DNA of 64,000 bases from an uncultured Bacteroidales bacterium (GCA_900319925.1 ONQE01000001.1:8452-72451); one strand, 5' to 3'; counted from the first letter of the stretch, positions 29,143 through 39,573 are shown. Made by a program: numbers and translations. Notes: generated by a model not told the origin, from the letters alone.

Positions 29143-30283
29143 TTAGAAAGCGAACAGGTCGTCCAATGTGATCACTTTCTGGAATCTTCCACTGTAGATA
29201 CCGTTTTTCAAACCGTAGGTGGTCACCAACGTCATCTGGGGATTTTTCCGACGTTTTGTCTGTTCTGTGATGGCGATGATTTTGTTCCGGAGTTTTTCAT
29301 CATAATCTTTGTCTATGGAAAACTCCCCTTGCACATATTTCATCTCACATACATTGACAACCCTGTCGGCTCTGTCAATGAGCATATCTATCTCTGCCCC
29401 AGGAGTGTTTTCTTCCGAAACGCATCTCCATGGATATATTTCTGTGTGAACCCCTTGGATACCCAAAGCCCGCTTGATTTGCTCCTGATGAGAGAAACAG
29501 ACATCCTCGAACGCTTGTCCGCGCCAGGAATTGAGCTTCGGCAAGTTCTGGTTGTCCTGCCAGAATGTTTTGTTATTGGTGGGGTGTTTTACGGCAAATT
29601 TCAGATAAAACAGGCAGAAAGGGTCGGTTAGTTTGTAATATTTATTCCTTTTGGACTCTCCAAAATTGAAGAACGAGGTGATGATGTCGCACTCTTCCAA
29701 AGAAAGAAGGATGTCTGAAATGTTTCCGCCGTCACTGATACTGAGCTCTTTGCAGATTTGGGGACGCAAAACACCGTAACGGTATTTGCTGATGCATTCA
29801 ACAATCCGCTTGAATTTGTCGTTATCTGCAAACATGGACTGAAACAGCCGATCATACTCTTTTTGCAACTTGTTGCCGCGCTCAAAGAAAACGGTATCCA
29901 CATTCTGAGCCAACGATTTTCCTTTTTCGAACAAAGACAGATAGTAGGGAATACCTCCAACAATCATATAGGACTGAACGATGTCATACCGGTCCATCAG
30001 AATGCCTCTTTTCTGAAAATAGGCTTCTGTCTCGGAAAGCGTAAAAGGATGAATATGAATATCACGCGATGTCCTGTCATAAAGTCCCCCGTTGTTGTTT
30101 ATCAATTTATCCAACATCCACGTAGTGGAACTGCCTGCTACGATAAACAACAGTTTGTGACGACCAGAGGCATATCGATTCCAAAAATGTTCCAAGGCAC
30201 TCATAAAACCTGCGCGGGGGGTGTCTAACCAAGGCAACTCATCAATGTATTTCCGTCTCTCTTGCAACGATGGACGTTCTCAT
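29143..30283 (-). pseudogene. AAA+ (archaeal-ATPase/DUF234-type) ATP-binding protein gene lacking its P-loop region
   Basis: The 374-aa ORF begins at the Walker B-like YIDELPWL. A 13-codon fragment (MRTSIVARETEIH*, 30242-30283) in another frame resembles the family N-terminus (F.GRE.E). About 90 codons, including Walker A, appear to be missing. Confidence 0.5.
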
Positions 30284-30303
30284 AACACGAAATTATTCGG
30301 CGG

Positions 30304-30311
30304 CAAAGATA
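30304..30311 (-). promoter_or_regulatory. -7 promoter box
   Basis: Minus strand reads TATCTTTG, 20 nt upstream of the fragment ATG at 30283. Confidence 0.5.
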
Positions 30312-30418
30312 TAAAAAATACGTTTCGTCGCCAAATAATTTTTCGTTTTCAAAGTATACGGTTTGGTGAGGAAGAGCGTTAATGGATTGAAAAAGCGTCA
30401 CTATGACGGAAAAAGTTG

Positions 30419-30426
30419 TATCTTTG
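30419..30426 (+). promoter_or_regulatory. -7 promoter box for cinA
   Basis: TATCTTTG, 29 nt upstream of the ATG at 30456. Confidence 0.6.
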
Positions 30427-30455
30427 CAGAAAATAATAATCAGAAAAAAAAACCA

Positions 30456-31709
30456 ATGATCCTCATCAACATCGGAGACGAACTCCTCTTAGGACAAGTC
30501 ATCAACACCAACGCCGCCTTCATCGGGCAACAGATGGCCCTGGCGGGCATCGAAATGACAGAATGCGTCACCATCGGCGACGACGAGAATGCTATTCACA
30601 GTGCCATCGAAAATGGATTTGCGAAAACCAACCTGATTGTGGTCACCGGCGGACTCGGACCCACCCGCGACGACATCACCAAAAAGGTCATCTGCGAGTA
30701 CTTCCACCGCGAACTGGTGGTGGACGAGCCGACCTTAGCGTGGGTGCGCGAGATTTTCGCCGCCCGTGGGATGGAACTCACGGAGACCAACAGCCACCAG
30801 GCCGACGTGCCCACAGGCTGCACCGTCCTGAAGAACACCTTGGGTACTGCCCCCGGACTCTGGATAGAGCAGGACGGCAAGATTTTGGTCGCCCTTCCCG
30901 GCGTGCCGTTCGAGATGGAAAAGCTTATCTGTGAAGAGGTTCTGCCGAGATTGCAGGAGATTTTCCACCACGAGCACGCGGTGCTCTACAAGGTACTGCA
31001 ATGTACGGGCATCAGCGAGAGCAACCTCTCTGACCAGCTCACCGACTTCGAGGCGCAGCTGCCGGAAAACATCAAGTTGGCCTACCTGCCGAAACCGGGC
31101 ATCATCCGTCTGCGGCTGACCGCTTCGGGTGCCAACAACGAAGAACTGCAAACTTCTCTGAACCAGCAGTTTGAGAAGCTCAAAGCCGAGGTGGGTTCGT
31201 TAGCCTTCGCCGACGAGGACATCCCGATGGAAGCGGTCATCGGCAAGCTACTGCGCGGGAGCGGTCGGCGTGTGGCCACCGCCGAAAGCTGCACCGGCGG
31301 CTTCATCGCGCACCTGATTACCTCAGTGCCAGGCAGTTCCGAATACTTCCAAGGGAGCGTGGTCTCCTACAGCAACCAGGTGAAGCGCGACATCCTCAAC
31401 GTGCGGGAGGACAACCTCAAGAAACGCGGCGCAGTAAGCGAGCCGGTTGTCAGCGACATGGCCCTCAACGTGATGGACCTCTTGGATGTCGATTACGCCG
31501 TGGCCACCTCCGGCATCGCGGGTCCCGACGGCGGCACGGCCGAGAAGCCCGTGGGTACCGTCTGGATGGCTGTGGCCACCCCTACCCGACTGACGACCAA
31601 AGAGTTCCATTTCGGCAAGCACACCGGTCGTAAGCAGATTATCGAGCGTGCCGCCCATGCCGCCCTCAACATGCTGCGCATTGAAATCGAAAAGGACCTC
31701 CGCCGATGA
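30456..31709 (+). CDS. cinA: Competence/damage-inducible protein CinA (MoCF-like plus nicotinamide-nucleotide amidase domains)
   Basis: MILINIGDELLLGQVINTNA and TAESCTGGFIA. Confidence 0.85.
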   Translation: MILINIGDELLLGQVINTNAAFIGQQMALAGIEMTECVTIGDDENAIHSAIENGFAKTNLIVVTGGLGPTRDDITKKVICEYFHRELVVDEPTLAWVREIFAARGMELTETNSHQADVPTGCTVLKNTLGTAPGLWIEQDGKILVALPGVPFEMEKLICEEVLPRLQEIFHHEHAVLYKVLQCTGISESNLSDQLTDFEAQLPENIKLAYLPKPGIIRLRLTASGANNEELQTSLNQQFEKLKAEVGSLAFADEDIPMEAVIGKLLRGSGRRVATAESCTGGFIAHLITSVPGSSEYFQGSVVSYSNQVKRDILNVREDNLKKRGAVSEPVVSDMALNVMDLLDVDYAVATSGIAGPDGGTAEKPVGTVWMAVATPTRLTTKEFHFGKHTGRKQIIERAAHAALNMLRIEIEKDLRR

Positions 31710-32587
31710 ACGCGCAAATCGCCCGCTTCCGGCAATATTTGGTCTATGAAAAAGGCCTCTCGCCCAAGAGCGTGGAGGCCTATTTGCACGATGTGCAACT
31801 GTTGGCGGACTTTCTGGGCGAGGACAAGATAGCTGACGCCACTTTCGAGGAGTTGCAGAAGTTTCTGAAACACCTATACGAATCGGACTTCAACGCACGG
31901 TCGCAGGCACGGATTGTCTCCGGGATGCGGGCCTTCTACCGCTACCTCATCTACGCCAGCGTGCGGGAGGATGACCCCACGGAGCTGTTGGACGCGCCCA
32001 AAATCGGGATGCATCTCCCTGATGTGCTGACTGTTGAGGAAATCAAAGACATCATAGCGGTTATTGACCTCAGCACCCCGGAAGGTCACCGCAACCGCGC
32101 TATGGTGGAGGTGATGTACGGTTGTGGGCTGCGTGTCAGCGAGTTAGTGACCTTGCGACTCTCCAACCTTTTCTTCGACGACGGCTTCATCAAGGTGGTG
32201 GGCAAGGGCAACAAAGAGCGGCTGATTCCTATCGGGACGACGGCCATGAAGATGGTTAACCTTTACGTTGACGGCAATCGTAAGCTGTTGAAAATCAAAA
32301 AAGGCGAGGAGGATTACGTCTTCTTGAACCGCAGAGGGGCGCACCTCACCCGCGAGATGGTCTTCATGCTCGTGAAGAAGTGGGTGGCAGCGGCCGGCAT
32401 CGACAAAACGGTGAGTCCGCACACGTTCCGGCACTCCTTCGCCACGCACCTCATCGAAGGCGGCGCCGACCTCCGCGCCGTGCAGCAGATGCTCGGCCAC
32501 GAAAGTATCACCACCACCGAGATTTACACGCATCTAGACCAGGACTACCTACGCACGAATATTGCGCTGTTCCATCCGAGATATTAA
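31706..32587 (+). CDS. xerD: Tyrosine site-specific recombinase XerD
   Basis: 293 aa. Catalytic-region motifs HTFRHSFATHL and LGHESITTTEIYTHL. 4-nt overlap with cinA. Confidence 0.8.
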   Translation: MNAQIARFRQYLVYEKGLSPKSVEAYLHDVQLLADFLGEDKIADATFEELQKFLKHLYESDFNARSQARIVSGMRAFYRYLIYASVREDDPTELLDAPKIGMHLPDVLTVEEIKDIIAVIDLSTPEGHRNRAMVEVMYGCGLRVSELVTLRLSNLFFDDGFIKVVGKGNKERLIPIGTTAMKMVNLYVDGNRKLLKIKKGEEDYVFLNRRGAHLTREMVFMLVKKWVAAAGIDKTVSPHTFRHSFATHLIEGGADLRAVQQMLGHESITTTEIYTHLDQDYLRTNIALFHPRY

Positions 32588-32660
32588 AGGGTTACCCGGT
32601 TATAACAGAACATAATGGAGGTGAAAGTGAAGGTAAAATTCGGTTGGTTATAAAAATGTG

Positions 32661-32668
32661 TATCTTTG
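32661..32668 (+). promoter_or_regulatory. -7 promoter box
   Basis: TATCTTTG, 19 nt upstream of the ATG at 32688. Confidence 0.55.
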
Positions 32669-32687
32669 CGGTTGAAAAACGATTGTG

Positions 32688-33368
32688 ATGGAGAACAAAG
32701 CCGAACAGTTTTTGGAAAGATACCGCGAAATTGAGGAGTGGGTGCTCAACAATCTGAACGTCATGGAGATGAAGGATTTGGAGCAGAAACCTCAGTACAA
32801 GGGCATTCGTAGCAACTTGGCGTTCTGCCGATTGCTGCGCAACCTGCTGTCCCACTACGACTGGTCCAAGGGGGGCAGCGATATGGTCATCGTCACGGAT
32901 CAGGCGGTACGGCAGGTCAACAACCTCTACTACGCCCTCAACCCAGTAACGCTCATGCGTGTGGCCATTCGCGCCGGGCAGATTTTCGCCCCTGCCCCGT
33001 CGGATTCCGTGATGGCCGCCGTAAAAGTGATGCAACGTAACGACTACTCCTACATCCCCATCGTGGATAATCATCGGATTGTCGGCGTCTTCAGCACCAA
33101 GACCCTGATGCGCATGGTGGCGGAAAACAACACTATCGCCTTCTCAGAATCATTGAAATTCAGTGAGATAACAGACTATACCCGGTTACGGGAAGATTTT
33201 AACGCCCATTACGGTTTCATCAATCCGAACACCTCTTTGGAGGATGTCAGCCTCAAATTCCAGCGGTCGAAGTCACGGAGAGTACGTTTGGATATGCTGT
33301 TCATCACGGACAACGGTCGTCCGGACGGGATTCTTCAGGGTATGGTCACCCCCGTCGATATTCTCTGA
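32688..33368 (+). CDS. CBS domain-containing protein
   Basis: CBS pair signatures (VMQRNDYSYIPIVDNHRIVGVFS and LFITDNGRPDGILQGMVT). Confidence 0.65.
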   Translation: MENKAEQFLERYREIEEWVLNNLNVMEMKDLEQKPQYKGIRSNLAFCRLLRNLLSHYDWSKGGSDMVIVTDQAVRQVNNLYYALNPVTLMRVAIRAGQIFAPAPSDSVMAAVKVMQRNDYSYIPIVDNHRIVGVFSTKTLMRMVAENNTIAFSESLKFSEITDYTRLREDFNAHYGFINPNTSLEDVSLKFQRSKSRRVRLDMLFITDNGRPDGILQGMVTPVDIL

Positions 33369-33415
33369 CGCAAAGACGTGCTGTGGCGCACGCAACATCC
33401 TTCAACATAGGAGAT

Positions 33416-33853
33416 TTACGGAATCCACTCTGCGTAGGAGGTGTCAGTTTCCCGCAAACGCACGCAGGCAAGAGCCACCGTTTCCGGCAACCGTTTCTGC
33501 AATTTGCCGGCAATATACCCTAACAAGTTCTCGGTAGTGGGTTGGAACTCCACCGTGACAATCTTCTCATAGTGCTGTTTCAGAGCATCCACAAGTTGCG
33601 GATCGGTCTTGGCATTCAACACTAAGGCATGATCCAACAGCGAGATAATCTCCTCATTGACAAGTCGTTTCAAGTCGCCGAAATCCATCACCATACCGTT
33701 CTTGGGCGAGTTTTCATCGCGCAAGGGCTGTCCGGCGAGGGTGATGTCCATTTTATAGGAATGACCGTGTATATTGCGGCACAACCCGTCGTAGTTGCGC
33801 AGCGCATGTGCCATCTCAAACGAGAATTGCTTAGTTATCTTAATGATACTCAT
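33416..33853 (-). CDS. queD: 6-carboxy-5,6,7,8-tetrahydropterin synthase
   Basis: 145 aa. FSFEMAHAL...CRNIHGHSY. Confidence 0.85.
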   Translation of the reverse strand: MSIIKITKQFSFEMAHALRNYDGLCRNIHGHSYKMDITLAGQPLRDENSPKNGMVMDFGDLKRLVNEEIISLLDHALVLNAKTDPQLVDALKQHYEKIVTVEFQPTTENLLGYIAGKLQKRLPETVALACVRLRETDTSYAEWIP

Positions 33854-34944
33854 TGCTTTACGATTTTGAATGTGTGAATGTTCTGTGCCGAAGACACCCT
33901 CATCAAATATAAGCCCGGCGACAATGCGGAAATGTTCAACTCCGCATTGTCCGAAGCGAATTGTTGGGGGGCGAGCACTGTTTTCCCCATGATGTCAACA
34001 ATGTCGATATTTAGAATATCGGATTGGAAATCAACAGCTTGTATGCTTATTGTGGAAGTGGCGGGGTTAGGGTAAACCTGCCAATAGACACGTTCGGCAA
34101 AATTGGACAGACCCGTATGGAACGGAGTTGCGTCATCACCGAAAATCTTCTCGGCCAGCTCGGGATGGTCAATGAAGGGGTTACGGTTTTGCTGGAGCTG
34201 CCAGACGGCATTGTTGCGGTCAATCTCCTTCTGGCTCACCGGATCGAGGGCAGCCCATTGCAACAACAGCTGCTGTGCCCAGGGTTTGAGGTTTCCGCCG
34301 GAGAAGTTGGACTGTGTCTCCACGCCGAGGTTCTTATCTTTGTAGCAGACGGCCATATAGAAGTAGATACGGGCAAAATCGCCCTTGAAGCTGTCGATGG
34401 GCTCGAACACCTGTCCCGCATAACCGGGAATGTTGGAGGTGCCCACTTTGGAACCGTTGCTGCTGGTCCAAGTGGCGTTTATCACCTTGCCAATGGGCAG
34501 ATTGCCACGTTTGGAATTGACAAAGCCGTCTGTAGGGATGAGATGGAAGAGGTCGGTGTACATCGGAGGGGTGCTGCCGCCGAACCAGCTTTTGGGCACG
34601 GAATGCTCGCGATTGTAACAGTCGCCCTCACCCGAATAATTCCCGCACTGGTCGCTGCCGAAAGTGAAATAGTAGGCTGGTGTACCGCCAGGTCTGTCGG
34701 AGTACATATCCCACACCTTGCCGTTGTCCGGACGCGCGTCTGTCGTGTAGAACGATTGCCACAATTGGCTGTACGACAGGGTAGTATGCGTCTTTATGAT
34801 GTTGTACAGCGCTGTTCGCAACGCCTCGCCGGACTGACCCTCTGCTGCAGTGTAGTAGCCTGCGGGCGCCTGAGCGAAGGAAATTGTCGCAACGAACAGA
34901 AAAAGAGTTACAAAAGGGAAAGATATGTTCTTCATCTTACACAT
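33850..34944 (-). CDS. Endonuclease I family extracellular nuclease with a T9SS sorting domain
   Basis: YNREHSVPKSWFGG and LFHLIPTDGFVNSKRGNLPIG motifs. CTD VYPNPATSTISIQ...GLYLMRVSS..FKIVKQ. The start is more likely MKNISF at 34935. Confidence 0.7.
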   Translation of the reverse strand: MCKMKNISFPFVTLFLFVATISFAQAPAGYYTAAEGQSGEALRTALYNIIKTHTTLSYSQLWQSFYTTDARPDNGKVWDMYSDRPGGTPAYYFTFGSDQCGNYSGEGDCYNREHSVPKSWFGGSTPPMYTDLFHLIPTDGFVNSKRGNLPIGKVINATWTSSNGSKVGTSNIPGYAGQVFEPIDSFKGDFARIYFYMAVCYKDKNLGVETQSNFSGGNLKPWAQQLLLQWAALDPVSQKEIDRNNAVWQLQQNRNPFIDHPELAEKIFGDDATPFHTGLSNFAERVYWQVYPNPATSTISIQAVDFQSDILNIDIVDIMGKTVLAPQQFASDNAELNISALSPGLYLMRVSSAQNIHTFKIVKQ

Positions 34945-35965
34945 GGGTAATCTTATAGATCATTTCCTTCAGCAGTTCGGCATCATCATTACTGGAATCC
35001 ACCCCTTTGCTTTTCAAATCGTATTCCCGCAATATGGAGATGATTTTTGTCAGCTGGGGCAGCGAATGGTTGTTTGCGTAGCCCACGTTCCGGGCCATAA
35101 TGTTCGGGGGCAGATTGCCGAATACGATTCTCAAGGAGTCGTTACTCTTGTCGGGCGAGAGGTGGTAGCGAATCATTTTATGATAGAAGGAGTAGAGCAT
35201 CGTGATGGTGCGGATATTGGGGTTCTCTTTGAGATGGAGTGTGAAGTTGAGCATGATATTGTAGGCTTTCGTCAGATTCCGGCTGCCGAGGGCCTCTTGA
35301 AGCTCGAAAATGTTGTACTCCTTGCTGATACCGATATACTTTTCGACAACGTCCGGAGTAATTTCGCTGTTCGGAGGAAGTACGACCTGCAGTTTTTGGA
35401 ATTCGGTGTAGATGCGCGACAGGTCATTGCCGATATGCTCGCCCAGCACGGCGGCGGTCTGTGGATTGAGCCTGAAGTGGAACGTCTTCTCAGCCAAGTT
35501 TTGAATCCATTCGTTAAGTTTCCAGTCCTTCACGCCTTCCGATTCAAAGACCACGCCGTGTTTGCTGTAGGGCTTGACTTGGGCGGCTTTCATCTTGCCG
35601 TATTTATAACATACGATGAAGATGGTCTGTGGACTCGGATTCTCCGCGTATGTACTCAACAACTCAATGTTTTTCAATTCCTTAGCCTCTTTAAGAATCA
35701 CCACACGGTAGGGGCTGCCGAACGGGAACTGTTTGGCGTTGGCAAGCACCATATCAGCGGTAGTGTCCTTACCGTAGAGCACCACCTGGTTGAAGTCGCG
35801 CTCCTCGGGTTCGAGAATGCCCTCCTCGAACATCTTGCAGAGTCTGTCGATGAAAAACGGCTCTTCCCCATGCAGCAGATAGACCGGCGCGAACCGTTTC
35901 TCGCGGATTTGCTGGTCTATCGCGTCAAATGTCACCGATTTGCTGGAACTTTCCTTTTTCGCCAT
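34937..35965 (-). CDS. holA: DNA polymerase III subunit delta
   Basis: 342 aa. N-terminal FAPVYLLHGEEPFFIDRL and a length typical of HolA. Confidence 0.65.
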   Translation of the reverse strand: MAKKESSSKSVTFDAIDQQIREKRFAPVYLLHGEEPFFIDRLCKMFEEGILEPEERDFNQVVLYGKDTTADMVLANAKQFPFGSPYRVVILKEAKELKNIELLSTYAENPSPQTIFIVCYKYGKMKAAQVKPYSKHGVVFESEGVKDWKLNEWIQNLAEKTFHFRLNPQTAAVLGEHIGNDLSRIYTEFQKLQVVLPPNSEITPDVVEKYIGISKEYNIFELQEALGSRNLTKAYNIMLNFTLHLKENPNIRTITMLYSFYHKMIRYHLSPDKSNDSLRIVFGNLPPNIMARNVGYANNHSLPQLTKIISILREYDLKSKGVDSSNDDAELLKEMIYKITHV

Positions 35966-36062
35966 ATTCTGATTCTAAGATTCCCAAGGCTCCGCTTCGC
36001 CCCACCCTGGGCTAACATACGTCGGGCCTACAGCCATATAAATATAGTGTAGTTAAAAGTTG

Positions 36063-36332
36063 TTAAAAATAGTGCTCCGCGACTTGGAAGATGGTTTTCT
36101 CGTCCGGTTCATACAGGTTCTTGACACCAATAGTGATGAAATCGGCGATGCGGTGCTGACGGTACCCTTCGGGAATCTTTCCGGGACTGTCAAGGATGAT
36201 GTCGAAAGTTTCAGGATGGATGCCCACCTCCACATCAGTGGGGTATTTCGTAAAATGGTGCAGGAATTCGTCAATCTTGTCAACCAAAGCGTTGCCAAGG
36301 GCGGCTGCGGTCTCTATTTTCTGTCCGTTCAT
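36063..36332 (-). CDS. Hypothetical small protein (89 aa)
   Basis: Has its own -7 box 21 nt upstream. No family recognised. Confidence 0.45.
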   Translation of the reverse strand: MNGQKIETAAALGNALVDKIDEFLHHFTKYPTDVEVGIHPETFDIILDSPGKIPEGYRQHRIADFITIGVKNLYEPDEKTIFQVAEHYF

Positions 36333-36353
36333 ACTGTCTCAGTTTTTGAGCCG

Positions 36354-36361
36354 CAAAGATA
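36354..36361 (-). promoter_or_regulatory. -7 promoter box
   Basis: Minus strand reads TATCTTTG. Confidence 0.55.
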
Positions 36362-36406
36362 CATTTTTTATGTTGACGGCTTACATGGACCGTCAAGATG
36401 AAGATT

Positions 36407-36868
36407 CTATCCCAATGCCTCTCTCACGTAGTCGATGAACTTCTTCAGATTTGTCCGTCCGTACAACCAAATAACCCGTTCTTTTTCACCCAAACCGCTG
36501 ACAACCACAAAATTGGAGCAACCTCTTTCGTCTTTTTCAGAGGCACAGATTTTCAAGAGGTAGTCTGCGTCGTTGAGTTCAAACACCACCTTGAAATTCT
36601 CCGTGGCTTTGTTTATATCTTGATTGAACTTCTTGTATTTGTGACTTTTATGCTTGGCATCGCAGGAGAGGATTTTCACGAAGGAGGCGTTGTGCGCAAT
36701 CAAATTCAGCCAGACGGGCTTCTGGTCCCCATATTCGAATTTCTCGAAATGGCGTTTGTTATCGTACTTTTTGAACAGTTTGTCCATGTCAGCCGACTGT
36801 GCGAAAGCGCCGCAGGAAAGGGTGATGCAGAGCAACATCAATCCGATTTTGTGCAATACGATTTTCAT
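36407..36868 (-). CDS. Secreted protein, possibly DUF4252
   Basis: 153 aa with a signal peptide. The family assignment is from memory only. Confidence 0.45.
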   Translation of the reverse strand: MKIVLHKIGLMLLCITLSCGAFAQSADMDKLFKKYDNKRHFEKFEYGDQKPVWLNLIAHNASFVKILSCDAKHKSHKYKKFNQDINKATENFKVVFELNDADYLLKICASEKDERGCSNFVVVSGLGEKERVIWLYGRTNLKKFIDYVREALG

Positions 36869-36925
36869 TTTTTTCGATTTATTTGATGAATCCGATTTGC
36901 ATAAACGGTGTTAACGGTCAAAAGT

Positions 36926-38947
36926 TTAATATTCCCGAATTCTGTTCTCGATGGCCACAATGGCGTCGCGGAACTGGGCGGCCTTTTCGAAGTCCAGCTC
37001 CTTCACGGCTTTTTCCATCTCCTTTCGAAGCTGTTTTTTCTTCTTCTCCAACTGTTCCACATTGTATAATGTCAAGTCTTCCGCCGCCATCGGCAGTTTT
37101 TTCTCTTTCCGCTCGTATGTCACGCCCATGCGCTGCTTGTTGCCCTCGCTGGCCATGCCCGTGAGCAGCATCTCGTCCGACTTCACCACACCTTTCGGCA
37201 CAATGTGATGTAACTCGTTGTAGGCTATCTGCTTAGAACGGCGACGGTTTGTCTCGTCAATGGTAGCCTGCATCGATTTGGTAATCTGGTTGGCGTAAAA
37301 GATGACCCTGCCGTTCACGTGGCGTGCGGCGCGGCCGGCCGTCTGTGTGAGCGACCGCACATTGCGCAGGAAACCCTCCTTGTCGGCATCCATGATGGCT
37401 ACCAAGGAGACCTCCGGCAAGTCCAGACCTTCACGCAAGAGGTTCACCCCCACGAGCACGTCGATGGCACCGGCACGCAGGTTCTGCAAAATCTCCACTC
37501 GGTCAAGCGTTTCCACGTCGGAGTGGATGTAACAGGAGCTGACCCCGATATTGATCAGATACGTGTTGAGCTCTTCGGCCATGCGCTTGGTCAAGGTCGT
37601 CACCAACACGCGTTCGCCTTTATCCACAGTGTCTTCGATTTCGTTGAGCAGGTCGTCCACTTGATTAGTGGCGGGGCGCACCTCTATCGGGGGATCCAAC
37701 AGACCGGTCGGCCGGACCACCTGTTCGACCACTACCCCACCCGACTGTTCCAGCTCGTAGTCTGCCGGCGTGGCACTCATATAGATGGTCTGCCCCACCA
37801 GCGCTTCGAACTCGTCGAACTTCAACGGACGGTTGTCCAACGCGGCGGGCAAGCGGAATCCGTACTCCACCAAGTTGATTTTACGGGAACGGTCGCCGCC
37901 GTACATGGCCCCGATCTGCGGCACGGTGACGTGGCTTTCGTCAATCACCAACACGAAATCCTCGGGGAAGAAGTCGAGGATGCAGAACGGGCGCATTCCC
38001 GGCTCGCGCTTGTCGAAGTAGCGGGAATAATTCTCAATGCCAGAACAGTAACCCAACTCCTTCATCATCTCCACATCATACGTCACGCGATCTTCCAACC
38101 GTTTGGCTTCCAAATGTTTGCCAATGGATTTGAAGTAGTCGCGCTGTTCGCCCAAATCCAATACAATCTGGTTGATAGCCTCGTTCATGGTCTGTTGTGT
38201 CGTCACGAAAAGGCTGGCCGGATAGATGACCAGCTTTTCCTCTTTAGAGATGACCCCGCCGGTTGCGGCCTCTATAATCGACAGTGACTCAATCTCATCG
38301 TCCCAGAAGATGATGCGGTAGGCTTGTTCGCTGTAGGGCGGAAAAATATCGACTGTGTCGCCTTTCACACGGAACTGTCCCGGCTGGAGATCCAGTTCCG
38401 TGCGCGAATAGAGACTGGCTACAAATTTGAGCAACAGTGAGTTGCGGTCGATAACCATCCCTGTTTTCAGGTGAATGACATTCCGGGCGAAATCGTCGGG
38501 GTTTCCAATACCGTAAATACAAGAGACTGAAGCCACTACAATCACATCCCGTCTTCCCGACATCAGCGCGGCCGTGGTGTGAAGACGCAGCTTTTCGATT
38601 TCGTCATTGATCGACAAATCCTTCTCAATATAGGTGTTTGTGGTGGGGATGTAAGCCTCCGGTTGATAGTAATCGTAGTAGGAAACGTAATATTCCACAG
38701 CGTTTTCCGGGAAAAACTGCTTGAACTCGCTATATAATTGGGCGGCGAGCGTCTTATTGTGGCTCAATACGAGGGCGGGGCGATTCACTTGACTCAACAC
38801 ATTGGCAATGGTGAATGTCTTTCCAGAGCCTGTCACGCCGAGCAGTGTCTGTGCCTTGTCGCCGCGGTTCAACCCCGCCACCAACTGTTTGATGGCCTCG
38901 GGCTGGTCTCCGGACGGTTGATATGACGATACTAATTTGAAATCCAT
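36926..38947 (-). CDS. uvrB: Excinuclease ABC subunit B
   Basis: 673 aa. Walker A GVTGSGKTFT, helicase motifs and a C-terminal UVR domain (LDFEKAAQFRDAI). Confidence 0.95.
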   Translation of the reverse strand: MDFKLVSSYQPSGDQPEAIKQLVAGLNRGDKAQTLLGVTGSGKTFTIANVLSQVNRPALVLSHNKTLAAQLYSEFKQFFPENAVEYYVSYYDYYQPEAYIPTTNTYIEKDLSINDEIEKLRLHTTAALMSGRRDVIVVASVSCIYGIGNPDDFARNVIHLKTGMVIDRNSLLLKFVASLYSRTELDLQPGQFRVKGDTVDIFPPYSEQAYRIIFWDDEIESLSIIEAATGGVISKEEKLVIYPASLFVTTQQTMNEAINQIVLDLGEQRDYFKSIGKHLEAKRLEDRVTYDVEMMKELGYCSGIENYSRYFDKREPGMRPFCILDFFPEDFVLVIDESHVTVPQIGAMYGGDRSRKINLVEYGFRLPAALDNRPLKFDEFEALVGQTIYMSATPADYELEQSGGVVVEQVVRPTGLLDPPIEVRPATNQVDDLLNEIEDTVDKGERVLVTTLTKRMAEELNTYLINIGVSSCYIHSDVETLDRVEILQNLRAGAIDVLVGVNLLREGLDLPEVSLVAIMDADKEGFLRNVRSLTQTAGRAARHVNGRVIFYANQITKSMQATIDETNRRRSKQIAYNELHHIVPKGVVKSDEMLLTGMASEGNKQRMGVTYERKEKKLPMAAEDLTLYNVEQLEKKKKQLRKEMEKAVKELDFEKAAQFRDAIVAIENRIREY

Positions 38948-38963
38948 TGTTGCGGCAAAAATA

Positions 38964-38995
38964 CAAAAAAACGCCGAGGGTTAGTCGGCGTTTTC
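38964..38995 (-). terminator. Intrinsic terminator of the OMP gene
   Basis: Minus strand reads ACGCCGA ctaaccc TCGGCGT followed by TTTTTTTG. Confidence 0.65.
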
Positions 38996-39015
38996 GTTAG
39001 GTCTATAACTATTGA

Positions 39016-39573
39016 TTAGTGGAATCTGTAACGGAGGCCGACACCGAAGTTGTAGAGACCACCGAGAACAGCGTCGCGTCTTGTGTAATAGGGATTCACC
39101 ATGCCCATTACGTTAATCATCGGGCGCCAGTCAACCGTGAGGTTCAACGGAATACTGAACTGCCATTCAAAACCAATCTGACCACCGACATTCAGGCGGA
39201 AAGGCATGTAAGGTGCATCATAGTAGTCATCGGTATAAATCAGACCATCATAAATAGAACCTTTTCTGCTGAAATGACCATATCCAGAACCATAACCAAA
39301 ACCGACACCAGCAGAGGGACCCACGAACCAGTTCCAAATTCCCTTGATGTTAAATACCCAGTCTAAAGAGACATTGGCATTTGCAGAAGCGAAAGTTGTC
39401 CAGAGATCACCAAAACCGGCAGTCAAATCCAAATACATCCCATCATTCAAAGAATGTTGGTAGGAGAATTCCTCATAATTCCAACCCAGACGACCGCCAA
39501 TGGCACGGGGTTGCGCGAAAGCGACGCTTGCAACGGCAAGCATGACAATCATTGTTGTAAAAATCTTCTTCAT
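39016..39573 (-). CDS. Small outer-membrane beta-barrel protein
   Basis: 185 aa. Signal peptide, alternating aromatic/Gly-rich strands, and a C-terminus GVGLRYRFH. Confidence 0.65.
   Translation of the reverse strand: MKKIFTTMIVMLAVASVAFAQPRAIGGRLGWNYEEFSYQHSLNDGMYLDLTAGFGDLWTTFASANANVSLDWVFNIKGIWNWFVGPSAGVGFGYGSGYGHFSRKGSIYDGLIYTDDYYDAPYMPFRLNVGGQIGFEWQFSIPLNLTVDWRPMINVMGMVNPYYTRRDAVLGGLYNFGVGLRYRFH

Noticed and set aside
31706-32587. xerD as the integrase of an integrated mobile element.
   Set aside because: It overlaps cinA in an operon of housekeeping genes and has the size and motifs of chromosomal XerD. No att-like repeats or cargo genes are adjacent.
38956-38963. A TATTTTTG box only 8 nt upstream of the uvrB ATG, considered as the uvrB promoter.
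   Set aside because: The spacing would make the mRNA essentially leaderless. That is possible but unsupported here, so it is not listed as a feature.
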